NCBI GenBank assembly: GCA_040756235.1
Contig: JBFLZG010000156.1
Location: forward strand, 1-48,764
Source: a bacterium
GTDB lineage: Bacteria; Desulfobacterota; DSWW01
Reading direction: 5' to 3'
Length of the DNA stretch: 48,764 nucleotides
The translations under genes and the position numbers were made by a program. The notes beneath the pieces are model-generated. The model did not search any database. It was given only the letters and a program-made list of their open reading frames with translations, and was not told where the DNA came from. Shown piece after piece: positions 27,997 through 37,008 of the stretch (its first letter is position 1; every line of letters starts with the position of its first letter).

Positions 27997-28032
27997 AAAA
28001 AAAGCGAGGAAGCTTTCGCAAGCCTCCTCGCT
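27997..28032 (-). terminator. Rho-independent terminator after the thiolase gene
   Basis: Minus strand AGCGAGGAGGCTT-GCGA-AAGCTTCCTCGCT followed by a T run. Confidence 0.75.
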
Positions 28033-28059
28033 CGGCATGGCAGATCTTTCGGCAGGCTC

Positions 28060-29244
28060 TTACGCCTCGCGCTCAATGACCGTAGCCACCCCCTGACCGC
28101 CCCCGATGCAGGCGTTGGCCAGGCCGTAGCGGGCCTGCCTGACGTTCAGGATCCGGGCCAGAGTGCCCACGAGCCTGCAGCCGGTCGCTCCCAGGGCGTG
28201 CCCGATGGCGGTGCCGCCGCCCATCACGTTGACCCGGTCCGGATCGATCCCCAGCTCCTTGATGCAGTTCAGGGCGACCACGGCGAACGCCTCGTTGATC
28301 TCCCAGTAGTCGATCTGCTGAGCGGAAAGGCCGGCGGACTTCAGCGCCTTCCTGGACGCCGGGACAGGGCCCGCGCCCATGATGGTCGGGTCCACGCCCG
28401 CAAAGCCGATCGAGCGGATGGTCGCCAGAGGCCGGATGCCCTTGGCCTTGGCCTTCTCCTTCTCCATGAGCACCATGCAGGAAGCGGCGGCGTTCAGCGG
28501 GGAAGAGTTTCCGGCCGTAATCACGCCGTCCGGCTTGAAGGCAGGCTTCAGACCCGCCATGCCCTCGACGGTGGTGTCGCCGCGGACCGCCTGGTCCTTG
28601 GTCACCTTGAGGATCTTCCCGTCCGCCTGCTCCGCCTCGATCGGCAGGATCTCGCCATCGAAGAAGCCCTCTGCCTGGGCCTTGGCGGCGAACTGGTGGC
28701 TCCTGGCCCCCCAGGCGTCCATCTCCGGCCGCTTGAACCCGGCCAGGCCTGCCAGCTTCTCCGCCGTAAGGCCCATGTTCAGGCTGGTCATGGCATCCCA
28801 GTGCTTGTATTTCTCGTCCGAGAACAGGGCCGGGGCCGGGGCAACGCCGCCCCCCATGGGCACCCGGGTCATGTGCTCCGTGCCTCCTGCCATGACGATG
28901 TCCGCGTTGCCGGTCAGGATCTCCATGTAGCCGACGTGGATCGCCGCCATGGAGGAACCGCACTGCTGGTCCACGAACTTGGCGGGCAATGTCTCCGGAA
29001 AGTTGGCCAGGAAGATCGGAAACCGCCCCCCGTAGCTCCAGTTCTCGTGCACGCACATGGCGGTGCCCATGATGAAGTCATCGAGGTCCCGGGGGGTGAG
29101 CTTCAATCTCTCGAGCAGAGCCGGCATGAGCCGGGCCAGCAGCTCGTCGGCCCTGAGCTTATGGAACCAGTCCCTCTCGGGATCCTTCGGCCTGGAACGC
29201 GACTGTGCAGTCCTCAGGTAGCCTGCAATCACCACTTCTCTCAT
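28060..29244 (-). CDS. Acetyl-CoA C-acyltransferase (thiolase)
   Basis: QQCGSS, NEAFA, GHALGATG and CIGGGQG catalytic motifs; ATG at 29244. Confidence 0.93.
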   Translation of the reverse strand: MREVVIAGYLRTAQSRSRPKDPERDWFHKLRADELLARLMPALLERLKLTPRDLDDFIMGTAMCVHENWSYGGRFPIFLANFPETLPAKFVDQQCGSSMAAIHVGYMEILTGNADIVMAGGTEHMTRVPMGGGVAPAPALFSDEKYKHWDAMTSLNMGLTAEKLAGLAGFKRPEMDAWGARSHQFAAKAQAEGFFDGEILPIEAEQADGKILKVTKDQAVRGDTTVEGMAGLKPAFKPDGVITAGNSSPLNAAASCMVLMEKEKAKAKGIRPLATIRSIGFAGVDPTIMGAGPVPASRKALKSAGLSAQQIDYWEINEAFAVVALNCIKELGIDPDRVNVMGGGTAIGHALGATGCRLVGTLARILNVRQARYGLANACIGGGQGVATVIEREA

Positions 29245-29376
29245 CTCTGCATCTCCTCTTGTTCGACCGCAGTTCACGGAGGGTGTCTGCCAAGTCACCA
29301 TATCCGAACCCTCCGGCCCGGTCAATCGGAGCGGCCGCTCCGGGATCCCCGGAAGCAGAGGGTTTCCCGCTTGCGC

Positions 29377-29557
29377 GGCTGTGTCATAAGCCGGTCAAGC
29401 CCTCATGCGGCCACTCATTCCGGAGGACTCAGGGGTGCAGCCACATGCTTTCCGTCATTCCGGCGCAGGCCGGAATCCAGTCCCTGGATGCACCCTTCTG
29501 GATCCCGGCTGCCACGCGCTCCGCAACCGGGCCGGGATGACGAAATAGGACACAGCC
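29377..29557. mobile_element. 181-bp MITE with terminal inverted repeats and an 8-bp target-site duplication
   Basis: Ends GGCTGTGTCATAA / ATAGGACACAGCC (11/13 inverted); GCTTGCGC directly repeated at 29369-29376 and 29558-29565. Confidence 0.8.
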
Positions 29558-29597
29558 GCTTGCGCGGGAATGACGGAGTCTGCTTCTACTCCTGGCG

Positions 29598-30245
29598 TTA
29601 CGGGGCTTCCTGCACCGGGACCACCCTGGCCAGATCCTCCCGGGACAGGGCGCCCTGCCTCAGGATACGGGCCGCCGCCCCCGTAACGTCCACCACGGTG
29701 GAGCCGGTCCCGCCCGGAACCGGCCCTGCATCCAGGAGGCAGTCCAACCCGTGCGGGAAGTAGGCAGCGACTTCGGCGCCGCTCCTGGCGCCGGGCATGC
29801 CGGAAGGGTTGGCGCTGGTCGTGGTGAAGGGATGGGTATGGACGGAGAACAGGCGTGCGACCAGCGGGTGGGAGGAGATCCGTACCCCTACCCTGCCGGT
29901 GCCGGCCGTGAGCCGCTCGGGCAGTTCCGGCCGGGCGAGAAGCACGAGCGTGAGAGGGCCGGGCAGGAAGGCTTCGACGAGCCTCGAGGCGAGGGCCGGC
30001 ACTTCCAGGACCACCTGCCGCATCATGGCCTCGTCCCTGACGAGGGCCGAAACGGCCAGGCCCTCGGGCCTGGCCTTGAGGCGGAAGAGCTTCTCCAGTG
30101 CATCCGCGCGGAACGGGTCCACGCCAAGGCCGTACAGGGTTTCGGTCGGATAGGCCAGAATCCCGCCCGCCCGGAGCGTGTCCGCGGCCTTTGCCAGGGC
30201 GTCGTCAGGAGGGTTCGCAGGGTCGACGGAGAGGATCAGGGACAT
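29598..30245 (-). CDS. tsaC: L-threonylcarbamoyladenylate synthase (TsaC/YrdC)
   Basis: YPTETLYGLG, KAR, PGPLTLV, TSANPSG and STVVD. Confidence 0.9.
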   Translation of the reverse strand: MSLILSVDPANPPDDALAKAADTLRAGGILAYPTETLYGLGVDPFRADALEKLFRLKARPEGLAVSALVRDEAMMRQVVLEVPALASRLVEAFLPGPLTLVLLARPELPERLTAGTGRVGVRISSHPLVARLFSVHTHPFTTTSANPSGMPGARSGAEVAAYFPHGLDCLLDAGPVPGGTGSTVVDVTGAAARILRQGALSREDLARVVPVQEAP

Positions 30246-30295
30246 GGCCGTTTCAGCAAGTGGGGGTCGGCAAGGGTCCCGATCTTATCAAGGCC

Positions 30296-30555
30296 GTCAT
30301 TCCCGCGAAAAACGGGAATCCCTCTGCTTCCAGGAATCCCGGCTCGCGGTTGCTGCGCGGCTTGAAGGTATCGGGAGATTGCGAGCGGAGCGAAGCAACC
30401 TCCCTGGCTCTGGGGGTTGCTTCGGTCGCCTGTGGCTCTCGCAATGTCCGCAACAATCGGCGTCCTCGCTCCGCCCGCTCAATGCGGCCTTGGCCCGGGA
30501 TGACGTGATCATTTCCACCAAGCCCGGTGAACGGCGCAGCAAGCGGCGCCCCTAC
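30296..30555. repeat. Cluster of several REP-like palindrome families
   Basis: GTCATTCCCGCGAAAAACGGGAATCC (30296-30321); GGAGATTGCGAGC..GCGAAGCAACCTCCC..GGTTGCTTCG..CTCGCAATG (30374-30448); minus-strand GTAG-REP (30533-30555). Confidence 0.7.
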
Positions 30556-30616
30556 AAGGCAGGATGGAAACGCTGGCCGGCAACGACGTCCAGGCGAGAG
30601 CAGCTGATGACCCCTG

Positions 30617-31147
30617 CTATCGCTTCCGGTCGTCCCGGGACCCGCGGCTCGCCTGCAGCTCCTGATCTTTCGACTCCACCTCGGCGGCCATGTCCCCTTT
30701 GAAGCGGACGATCCTTTCGCGCAGCTCCGGGTACTTCGTCGAAAGGATCTGGGCGGCCAGCACCCCGGCGTTGCGCGCGCCGCCCTTGCCGATCGCCATT
30801 GTCGCGACCGGAACGCCGGGCGGCATCTGCACGGTGGCCAGCAGGGCATCTATCCCCTTCAGGGGCGAGGAGTCGATCGGCACGCCGATGACCGGCAGGG
30901 GGGTCTGGGCCGCGACGAACCCTGCCAGGTGCGCCGCCCAGCCGGCGCCCGCGATGAGAACGTCCAGCCCCCTGGCGGCCGCGCCGGCCGCGTACGCCAG
31001 TGCCTTCCCGGGGCTTCTGTGGGCGGAGCAGATGTGCGCTTCCCACGGCACCCCGAGCTGGTCCAGGACCCTGGAAGCTTCCTCCATGACGGGGATGTCG
31101 GACGGGCTTCCCATGAGGATGCCGACGAGTGGCTTGGACTTGTCCAT
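30617..31147 (-). CDS. purE: N5-carboxyaminoimidazole ribonucleotide mutase
   Basis: ILMGSPSD, SAHRSP, AGAGWAAHLAG, PVIGVP and VQMPPGVPVAT. Confidence 0.95.
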   Translation of the reverse strand: MDKSKPLVGILMGSPSDIPVMEEASRVLDQLGVPWEAHICSAHRSPGKALAYAAGAAARGLDVLIAGAGWAAHLAGFVAAQTPLPVIGVPIDSSPLKGIDALLATVQMPPGVPVATMAIGKGGARNAGVLAAQILSTKYPELRERIVRFKGDMAAEVESKDQELQASRGSRDDRKR

Positions 31148-31177
31148 CGTTCTCCTCGAAGCCCAAGCGCCCCATCC

Positions 31178-31284
31178 CCCTCTCCCCCGCCCCACGGGGG
31201 AGAGGGTCGGGGTGAGGGGGTAGCGCCAGGCCAAACGTGATGCACCCCTCATCCTAGCCTTCTCCCCTCACCGAGGGGAGAAGG
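31178..31284. repeat. CCCTCACCC/CCCTCTCCC-family composite palindromic repeat
   Basis: Inverted units homologous to 17381-17480. Confidence 0.7.
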
Positions 31285-31347
31285 AACGTTAAGTCGAGAC
31301 CCCTCAGTGTGAGGATGATCTGGGAGTGGGGGGGGTGACCTTCTCTT

Positions 31348-32637
31348 TCAGGCTCCGGAGCGGGGGCGCCGGTCCAGCGCCTTGCGGCCGATGTCCTTCC
31401 GGTAGTGGACGCCCTTCCACTCGATCCGCTCGACGGCGTCGTAGGTCCTCGAGATCGCTTCCCCGATCGTCTCTCCCAGTGCGGTGACCCCCAGAACGCG
31501 ACCGCCGTGCGTGATGATCTGCTCTCTGTTCCTGCGGGTGCCCGCGTGGAACACGACCGTATCGGAAAGCTCCTTGACCTTCTCCAGCCCGGAGATCGGA
31601 AAGCCGTTCTTGTAGCTCCTGGGATAGCCCTTGGAAGCCATGACCACGCAGACCGCCGCACGCGGGTCCCAGTCGAGGCCCGGAGCGGAAAGCCGGCCCT
31701 CGGCGACCTCCTCCATGATCGGGACGATGTCGCCCTTCAAGCGCATGAGCACCGGCTGCGCCTCGGGGTCCCCGAACCGGCAGTTGAATTCCAGTACCTT
31801 GGCTTTCCCTTCGTCGATCATGAGCCCGGCATAGAGCACGCCCCGGTAAGGCCGGCCGAGCTCGGCCATCGCCTCGATGGTCGGCCCGATGATCTCCTCG
31901 AGCACCTGCTTCTCCACCGTCTCCGTGACCACCGGCGCGGGCGAGTATGCACCCATTCCGCCCGTGTTGGGCCCCCTGTCCTGGTCGAAGACCGCCTTGT
32001 GATCCTGCGCAGACGGCAGCGGCAGCACCCTCTCTCCGTCCGTGAGCACCATGAAGGAAGCTTCCTCTCCCTGCAGGCACTCCTCCACGACGATCTTCCT
32101 TCCCGCGTCCCCGAACGATTCGTTGATCATGATCAGGTTGACGGCATCCAGGGCCTCCTCGACCGTCCGGCACACCATGACCCCTTTGCCCCCGCAGAGC
32201 CCGTCCGCCTTGACCACAATGGGCGCACCGACCTCCCGGATGTACCGCATCGCCTCTTCAGAATCGGTGAAGGTCGAGAAGAATGCCGTCGGGATGCCCT
32301 TCTGCTTCATCAACTCCTTGGCGAAAGACTTGCTCGCCTCGAGCTGAACGGCGTCCCGCGTCGGTCCGAACACCCGGTGGCCCTCGGCCGCGAAAGCGTC
32401 CGCGACCCCCAGGGTCAAGGGCAGCTCAGGCCCTACGACCGTCAGCCCGACCTGCTCTTCCTTCGCCAGCCGCAGAAGGCCCTCCGTATCGCTCGGAGAA
32501 ACGTCCACGCACTTGGCGATCTCCTCGATGCCGGCGTTCCCCGGAGCGCAAATCACGTTGGCCACCTTCGGGCTCTGCCGGATCTTCCAGACCAGGCTGT
32601 GCTCTCTCCCCCCGCTTCCAACGACCAAGACGTTCAT
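31348..32637 (-). CDS. purD: Phosphoribosylamine-glycine ligase
   Basis: GSGGREH, PGNAG, GPE, VVKADGL, QDHK, GPNTGGMGAY, EFNCRFGDPE and GGRVL. Confidence 0.97.
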   Translation of the reverse strand: MNVLVVGSGGREHSLVWKIRQSPKVANVICAPGNAGIEEIAKCVDVSPSDTEGLLRLAKEEQVGLTVVGPELPLTLGVADAFAAEGHRVFGPTRDAVQLEASKSFAKELMKQKGIPTAFFSTFTDSEEAMRYIREVGAPIVVKADGLCGGKGVMVCRTVEEALDAVNLIMINESFGDAGRKIVVEECLQGEEASFMVLTDGERVLPLPSAQDHKAVFDQDRGPNTGGMGAYSPAPVVTETVEKQVLEEIIGPTIEAMAELGRPYRGVLYAGLMIDEGKAKVLEFNCRFGDPEAQPVLMRLKGDIVPIMEEVAEGRLSAPGLDWDPRAAVCVVMASKGYPRSYKNGFPISGLEKVKELSDTVVFHAGTRRNREQIITHGGRVLGVTALGETIGEAISRTYDAVERIEWKGVHYRKDIGRKALDRRPRSGA

Positions 32638-32678
32638 CGGTTCTCCTCGCGTCATCTGCCGCCCGGATCCGGCTCGCA

Positions 32679-33671
32679 TCAGAAGGCTGCACCCCCTACG
32701 GCGGTGAAAGCGGAGATCGGCGCCTGTTCACGCAAATCCTCGATGAGGTTTCTCATCTCCACCAGCGTGTTCCTGGCATCGTCGTACAGCCCCTGGTCCT
32801 GCACCAGCTTGCCCAGCGTCCCCTCACCCTCCTTGACCTTGCGGGAAATGAGGTCGATGTTCTCGAGCGATGCGTTCAGCCTCACAGAGGCCACCCGGAG
32901 CTGCTCGATCGTATCCGAGATGTTCTGGCGGTTGTTCTTGAGCAGATCGTTGGCCTCCCGCGCGACCCCGCGGAGGCTCTCGGCCGTCTCCGGCATGACC
33001 GCGATCGTCTTGCGGATGGCTTCCCTGTTTTCGGCGACGATCCCGTCGAGCTGGCGGGTCAGGCCGGCCAGGTTGGTCGTGATCTCCCGGATCTGGGCCT
33101 GGTTCTCTCGGGTCATCCGTGCCAGGTCCCGGCTGACCTCCTGCGTGTTGGTGACGATTTCACGCATCGCCTTTTCGCCCTCGGGGCCGCCCAGGACCTT
33201 GCTCAGGTTATCGGTCACCTGCTCCACCTGGCCGGCTACCTGGTTGAGCCTGTCGAAGAAGACATCCATAGATTCCGGCACTTGCGTATTCCGGATCTCG
33301 TCCCCCGGGCCCAGCGGCGGGAGCTCCGGGCTTCCCGGGTCGATCGAAACGTAGCGGTCCCCGAGCAGCCCGTACGTGCCCACCCGAGCGCTCGCATCCT
33401 CATGCACGACCACACGGGGCAGGATCGAAAGAGTCACCTTTCCCACGGCATCTTCGAGCCGGATGTCCCGGACCTCGCCCACGTAGACGCCCGCGATGCG
33501 CACGGTATCGCCCACGTCCAGGCCCGACACGTCCCGGAAGGTGGCCTGCAGGCGGTACCCTTCCCTGCGCTCGAATCTCAGGTCGCCGGTGCGCGCCACC
33601 ATGTAGAGCGCCAGCACCGCACCTGCGATCGTGAAAAGCCCGACCCAGAACTCCGTCTTGAATCGACTCAA
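32679..33671 (-). CDS. mlaD: MCE-domain protein (MlaD) with a long helical extension
   Basis: N-terminal TM helix, F.DVSGL.VG..V.IAGV.VG, GLLGDRYV; heptad-rich helical region; GEGTLGKLV. Confidence 0.85.
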   Translation of the reverse strand: MSRFKTEFWVGLFTIAGAVLALYMVARTGDLRFERREGYRLQATFRDVSGLDVGDTVRIAGVYVGEVRDIRLEDAVGKVTLSILPRVVVHEDASARVGTYGLLGDRYVSIDPGSPELPPLGPGDEIRNTQVPESMDVFFDRLNQVAGQVEQVTDNLSKVLGGPEGEKAMREIVTNTQEVSRDLARMTRENQAQIREITTNLAGLTRQLDGIVAENREAIRKTIAVMPETAESLRGVAREANDLLKNNRQNISDTIEQLRVASVRLNASLENIDLISRKVKEGEGTLGKLVQDQGLYDDARNTLVEMRNLIEDLREQAPISAFTAVGGAAF

Positions 33672-34432
33672 AGTCCCTCCTCCGGCTGCCCACTGGTGAT
33701 GGGGCCCTCAGCGCTTCCGGAGATGAACTGCTGCACGGCGGGGTCCGGGTTGCCGCGGACCTCCTGAGGCGTGCCCTCGACCACGATTCTTCCTTTATAC
33801 AGAAAAGCGATCCGATCCGCCAGTTCGAAAGCGCCCCCCACGTCGTGGCTGATGAGGATGAACGTGAGCCCCAGCCTCTTCTGCGTGCTCAGGATCAGAC
33901 GATTGATGACCGAGCTCGTGATCGGATCCAGGCCGGTGGTGGGCTCGTCGAAAAGGACGATCTCGGGCTCCAGGATCAGGGCGCGGGCAAGGCCCACCCG
34001 CTTGCGCATGCCGCCGCTCAGCTCGGCCGGATACTTCTCCTCGATCCCGTGCAGGCCCACCTTGGCCAGCATGTCCCGCACGCGCGCCCGGATCTCCTTC
34101 TCCCGCAGCCGGGTGTGCTCCCTCAGGGGGAAGGCCACGTTCTCCCCGCAGCTCATGGAGTCGAACAGCGCAGATGCCTGGAAGAGCATCCCGAACTTCT
34201 TCCGCGTTTCCCTCAGCTCCCAGCCGGACAGGCGGCAAATGTCCTTCCCGTCCACGTAGATTTGCCCGGAATCGGGCCGGATGAGGCCGATGATGTGCTT
34301 CAGGAGCACGCTCTTGCCGGCCCCGCTCCCGCCGATGATGACGGCGATCTTCCCGTCCGGGACCTCGAGCGATGCCCCCTTGAGGACCGGCACCCCCGCA
34401 AACGACTTGTGCAGGTCGACGATCTGAATCAA
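33668..34432 (-). CDS. mlaF: MlaF-type ABC transporter ATPase
   Basis: GGSGAGKS, FQASALFDS, LSGGMRKR and DEPTTGLDP. Confidence 0.9.
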   Translation of the reverse strand: MIQIVDLHKSFAGVPVLKGASLEVPDGKIAVIIGGSGAGKSVLLKHIIGLIRPDSGQIYVDGKDICRLSGWELRETRKKFGMLFQASALFDSMSCGENVAFPLREHTRLREKEIRARVRDMLAKVGLHGIEEKYPAELSGGMRKRVGLARALILEPEIVLFDEPTTGLDPITSSVINRLILSTQKRLGLTFILISHDVGGAFELADRIAFLYKGRIVVEGTPQEVRGNPDPAVQQFISGSAEGPITSGQPEEGL

Positions 34433-34501
34433 GATCGCTCCTTGCCCAAGACTCGGGCCGCAAGAACGTGCCCGCGGTCAGCTCGACCGGGACCGTCCGG
34501 G

Positions 34502-35269
34502 TCAGTACAAGAGGTCCGTCAGGAAATAGTCGCTGACCAGGATGTGCACCGAGGAGAGCACGACCGCCTCGGTGGTCGCCCGTCCCACGCCCTCGGCTCC
34601 CTGTCCGGCGAAGAATCCCTTGTAGCAGCTGATGAAAGCCAGCATCAATCCGAAAACCGCTGACTTGATCAGTCCGTGTGTCATGTCCTGGTATTCCGTA
34701 AACTGCACGATCGACTTCATGAACGGCCCAGGTTCGATCCCCAGGTAGTTCACCCCGGCCAGGTATCCGCCGAGTATGCCGAGGAAATCGAAATACACGG
34801 TCAGCACCGGCACCATGACGAGGGAGGCCGCGATGCGCGGAACGAACAGGTATTCGATCGGATCCACGGCCATGGTATTGAGGGCGTCGATTTGCTCCGT
34901 AACCCGCATCGTGCCCAGCTCAGCCGCCATGGCCGACCCGGCACGGGCTGTCACCATCAGGGCCGCCATAACCGGCCCCAGCTCCCGGGTCACGCTGAGC
35001 GCTACCGTGGCGCCCACCAGGCTCTCGGCATTGAAGATGGCAAAGGCGTAATAGGTCTGAAGAGCCAGCACCCCGCCCGTGAACATGCTGGCGAGCGTGA
35101 TGACGAAGATGGACCTGACGCCCACGAATTCCATCTGCCGGAAGGTCTCGTGAAAACGGTAGGGCGGGCGGACGAACCACTGCAGCGTGGTGGCGATCAC
35201 GATCAGGAGCCTGCCGGCCCGCTCGATCATGCGGAACACCGCTTGCCCGACCCGGCTGAAAGGGTCCAT
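34502..35269 (-). CDS. mlaE: MlaE-type ABC transporter permease
   Basis: RELGPV..ALMV.AR.GSAMAAELGTMRVTEQIDAL and GAEGVGRATT. Confidence 0.93.
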   Translation of the reverse strand: MDPFSRVGQAVFRMIERAGRLLIVIATTLQWFVRPPYRFHETFRQMEFVGVRSIFVITLASMFTGGVLALQTYYAFAIFNAESLVGATVALSVTRELGPVMAALMVTARAGSAMAAELGTMRVTEQIDALNTMAVDPIEYLFVPRIAASLVMVPVLTVYFDFLGILGGYLAGVNYLGIEPGPFMKSIVQFTEYQDMTHGLIKSAVFGLMLAFISCYKGFFAGQGAEGVGRATTEAVVLSSVHILVSDYFLTDLLY

Positions 35270-35345
35270 TTATCCCTCACGCTGCGCGGTCATCATGCTC
35301 GAGAGAGACGGCGGACACGCCTTTTCGCTCAGCTTCTCCATCCAA

Positions 35346-35437
35346 AATCCCCCCAGCCCCCCCTTTGCGAAAGGGGGGGGAAGAGCTCGTGAGTCTTCTT
35401 CTTTCCCCCCTTTGAAAAAGGGGGGTCAGGGGGGATT
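35346..35437. repeat. CCCCCTTT..AAAGGGGG doublet repeat
   Basis: Two inverted hairpin units, AATCCCCCCAGCCCCCCCTTTGCGAAAGGGGG and CCCCCCTTTGAAAAAGGGGGGTCAGGGGGGATT. Confidence 0.7.
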
Positions 35438-35492
35438 GATTTCTGTCCTCCCATCGAAATCCCAGAACACGCCACCGCACGTGAACCCGGCA

Positions 35493-36962
35493 CTAAGGGA
35501 GCACGACGCTCCCCAGAAGCCTGCGGAGCCACGCCTCTCCGGGCAAGCGGTCCTCCCGCGCGTCCGGCTCTCCGGAGTCGGCGCTGGCTGCGAGCTCCGG
35601 CTCGAGCTCCGGCGCCGCTTCCCCGGACGGGACTTGCGCGGCGGCGCCGACGCCCGCCTCATTGCAGGTCTCGCCGGGCGAGCGCCAGACGTGCCACAAG
35701 ACCCTGTATTCCTCTTCGAAATCGGTCGACCGATGCCGGTACCAGGTCCAGAGGGGTCCGTAATTTCTTTCGAAGCCGTCGCGATCCCGAAACCACAGAG
35801 GAGACAGGACGTTCAGATTTCTGCGATCCTCGAGCCCTGCGGAGCGCGACAGGATCGGCCAGATCTTGAAATGGGCCGTCCGCTCCTCCTTCCGGTCCGT
35901 CAAAGACCAGGCCCAGTAGAAGGGAAGAAGGTAGCGGCCTTCGCTCATCCGTCCGGCGCTCGCGTAGACGGAATGAGAATAGATCGGGTAAGCGATGAAA
36001 TCCCGCTCGTATGAACCCCTTTCCTGCCTGCCCCAGAACGGCCACAGATAAGTCTTGCGATATCGGTCCCCGCGGGCGATGCTGAAAAAAGGCCAGGGAG
36101 CGTTCCACTCCCGGAACCGGTTTCCGGGAGCTTCGTTCCTCTGGTAGCTGAAGAAAGGGTACAAGAAGTACTCGATCTTTCCAAACGGGGTCTGCTGCCT
36201 GCCGTAGAAGGGCAGAAAGTACCAGGAGTCCAGAGGCCGCTCCCTGCCCAGCCGCTCCTGGACGTGGGCGAAGAACGGCCAGAGAACGAAGGTCTTCTTA
36301 TAAGATCCTTCCTTCTCTTTCCTGCCGTAGAAGGGCCAGACCCGGAAAGAGCTCTTCCCGCCTCCGCTGCTGTACTGGACGAAGGGCCAGAGAAAGTTCC
36401 GGGACCGATGTTCCCCGTCGCGGGAATCGGCGTACAGCGGAAACAGGAGGAAGCGGATCCGATCCTTGCCGAACAGCCCCCTGAGCGATCCCGCCAGGGG
36501 AAACAGTGCGAGGTAGTTCTCCTCGGAGTCGCTGGACCGACCCCGAAGAAAGAAAGGAAGAACGAAGTCGTCCGTCTCCTCCCGGCCTTCCGGGTGAACG
36601 AACTCCCGGTGATAGACGAGGGGGAACAGGCGCAAGGTCCGGCGCTCGCATCCTTCGGTCTGCCGGTACAGGATGAGAGGCCACAGGGCCTGGAGCTCGG
36701 TCCGGTCGCCTTCCCGCCCGGTTTGTGATTCCCGGCGCAGATTGAGCACGGGCCGGAACCCGAACTGCCGAACCTTTTCGCCCGAACGCCCGTCGAAGAA
36801 GGGCCAGAGAAAGGACCACTCGGTCCCCGGCTCCTCCAGAAGAGGCCTCCTGGCGTACAGAGGTCCGAGCTCGACCCGATCCTTTCCCGTCATGCAGCCC
36901 GCCGAGCAGAGAGCGACCGCCAGGATCAGGACAGAGACGGAAAAGGAGAGAGATTTGCGCAC
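35493..36962 (-). CDS. Hypothetical aromatic-rich repeat lipoprotein (about 20 WPF-type repeats)
   Basis: Lipobox SAGC; periodic hydrophobic-Pro-aromatic motifs; co-oriented between alr and mlaE. Confidence 0.8.
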   Translation of the reverse strand: MRKSLSFSVSVLILAVALCSAGCMTGKDRVELGPLYARRPLLEEPGTEWSFLWPFFDGRSGEKVRQFGFRPVLNLRRESQTGREGDRTELQALWPLILYRQTEGCERRTLRLFPLVYHREFVHPEGREETDDFVLPFFLRGRSSDSEENYLALFPLAGSLRGLFGKDRIRFLLFPLYADSRDGEHRSRNFLWPFVQYSSGGGKSSFRVWPFYGRKEKEGSYKKTFVLWPFFAHVQERLGRERPLDSWYFLPFYGRQQTPFGKIEYFLYPFFSYQRNEAPGNRFREWNAPWPFFSIARGDRYRKTYLWPFWGRQERGSYERDFIAYPIYSHSVYASAGRMSEGRYLLPFYWAWSLTDRKEERTAHFKIWPILSRSAGLEDRRNLNVLSPLWFRDRDGFERNYGPLWTWYRHRSTDFEEEYRVLWHVWRSPGETCNEAGVGAAAQVPSGEAAPELEPELAASADSGEPDAREDRLPGEAWLRRLLGSVVLP

Positions 36963-37008
36963 TCCGATCCCCGGTCCGCTTTCGTGAGGGTCGTTCGAGC
37001 AGGCCTGC

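Noticed and set aside
21592..30555. Recurrent approximately 27-bp palindromes as a possible CRISPR array
   Set aside because: Copies are dispersed, degenerate and in both orientations, with no regular spacers and no cas genes.
34725..34745. GGTTCGATCC tRNA T-loop-like motif
   Set aside because: It lies inside mlaE and no cloverleaf can be formed.
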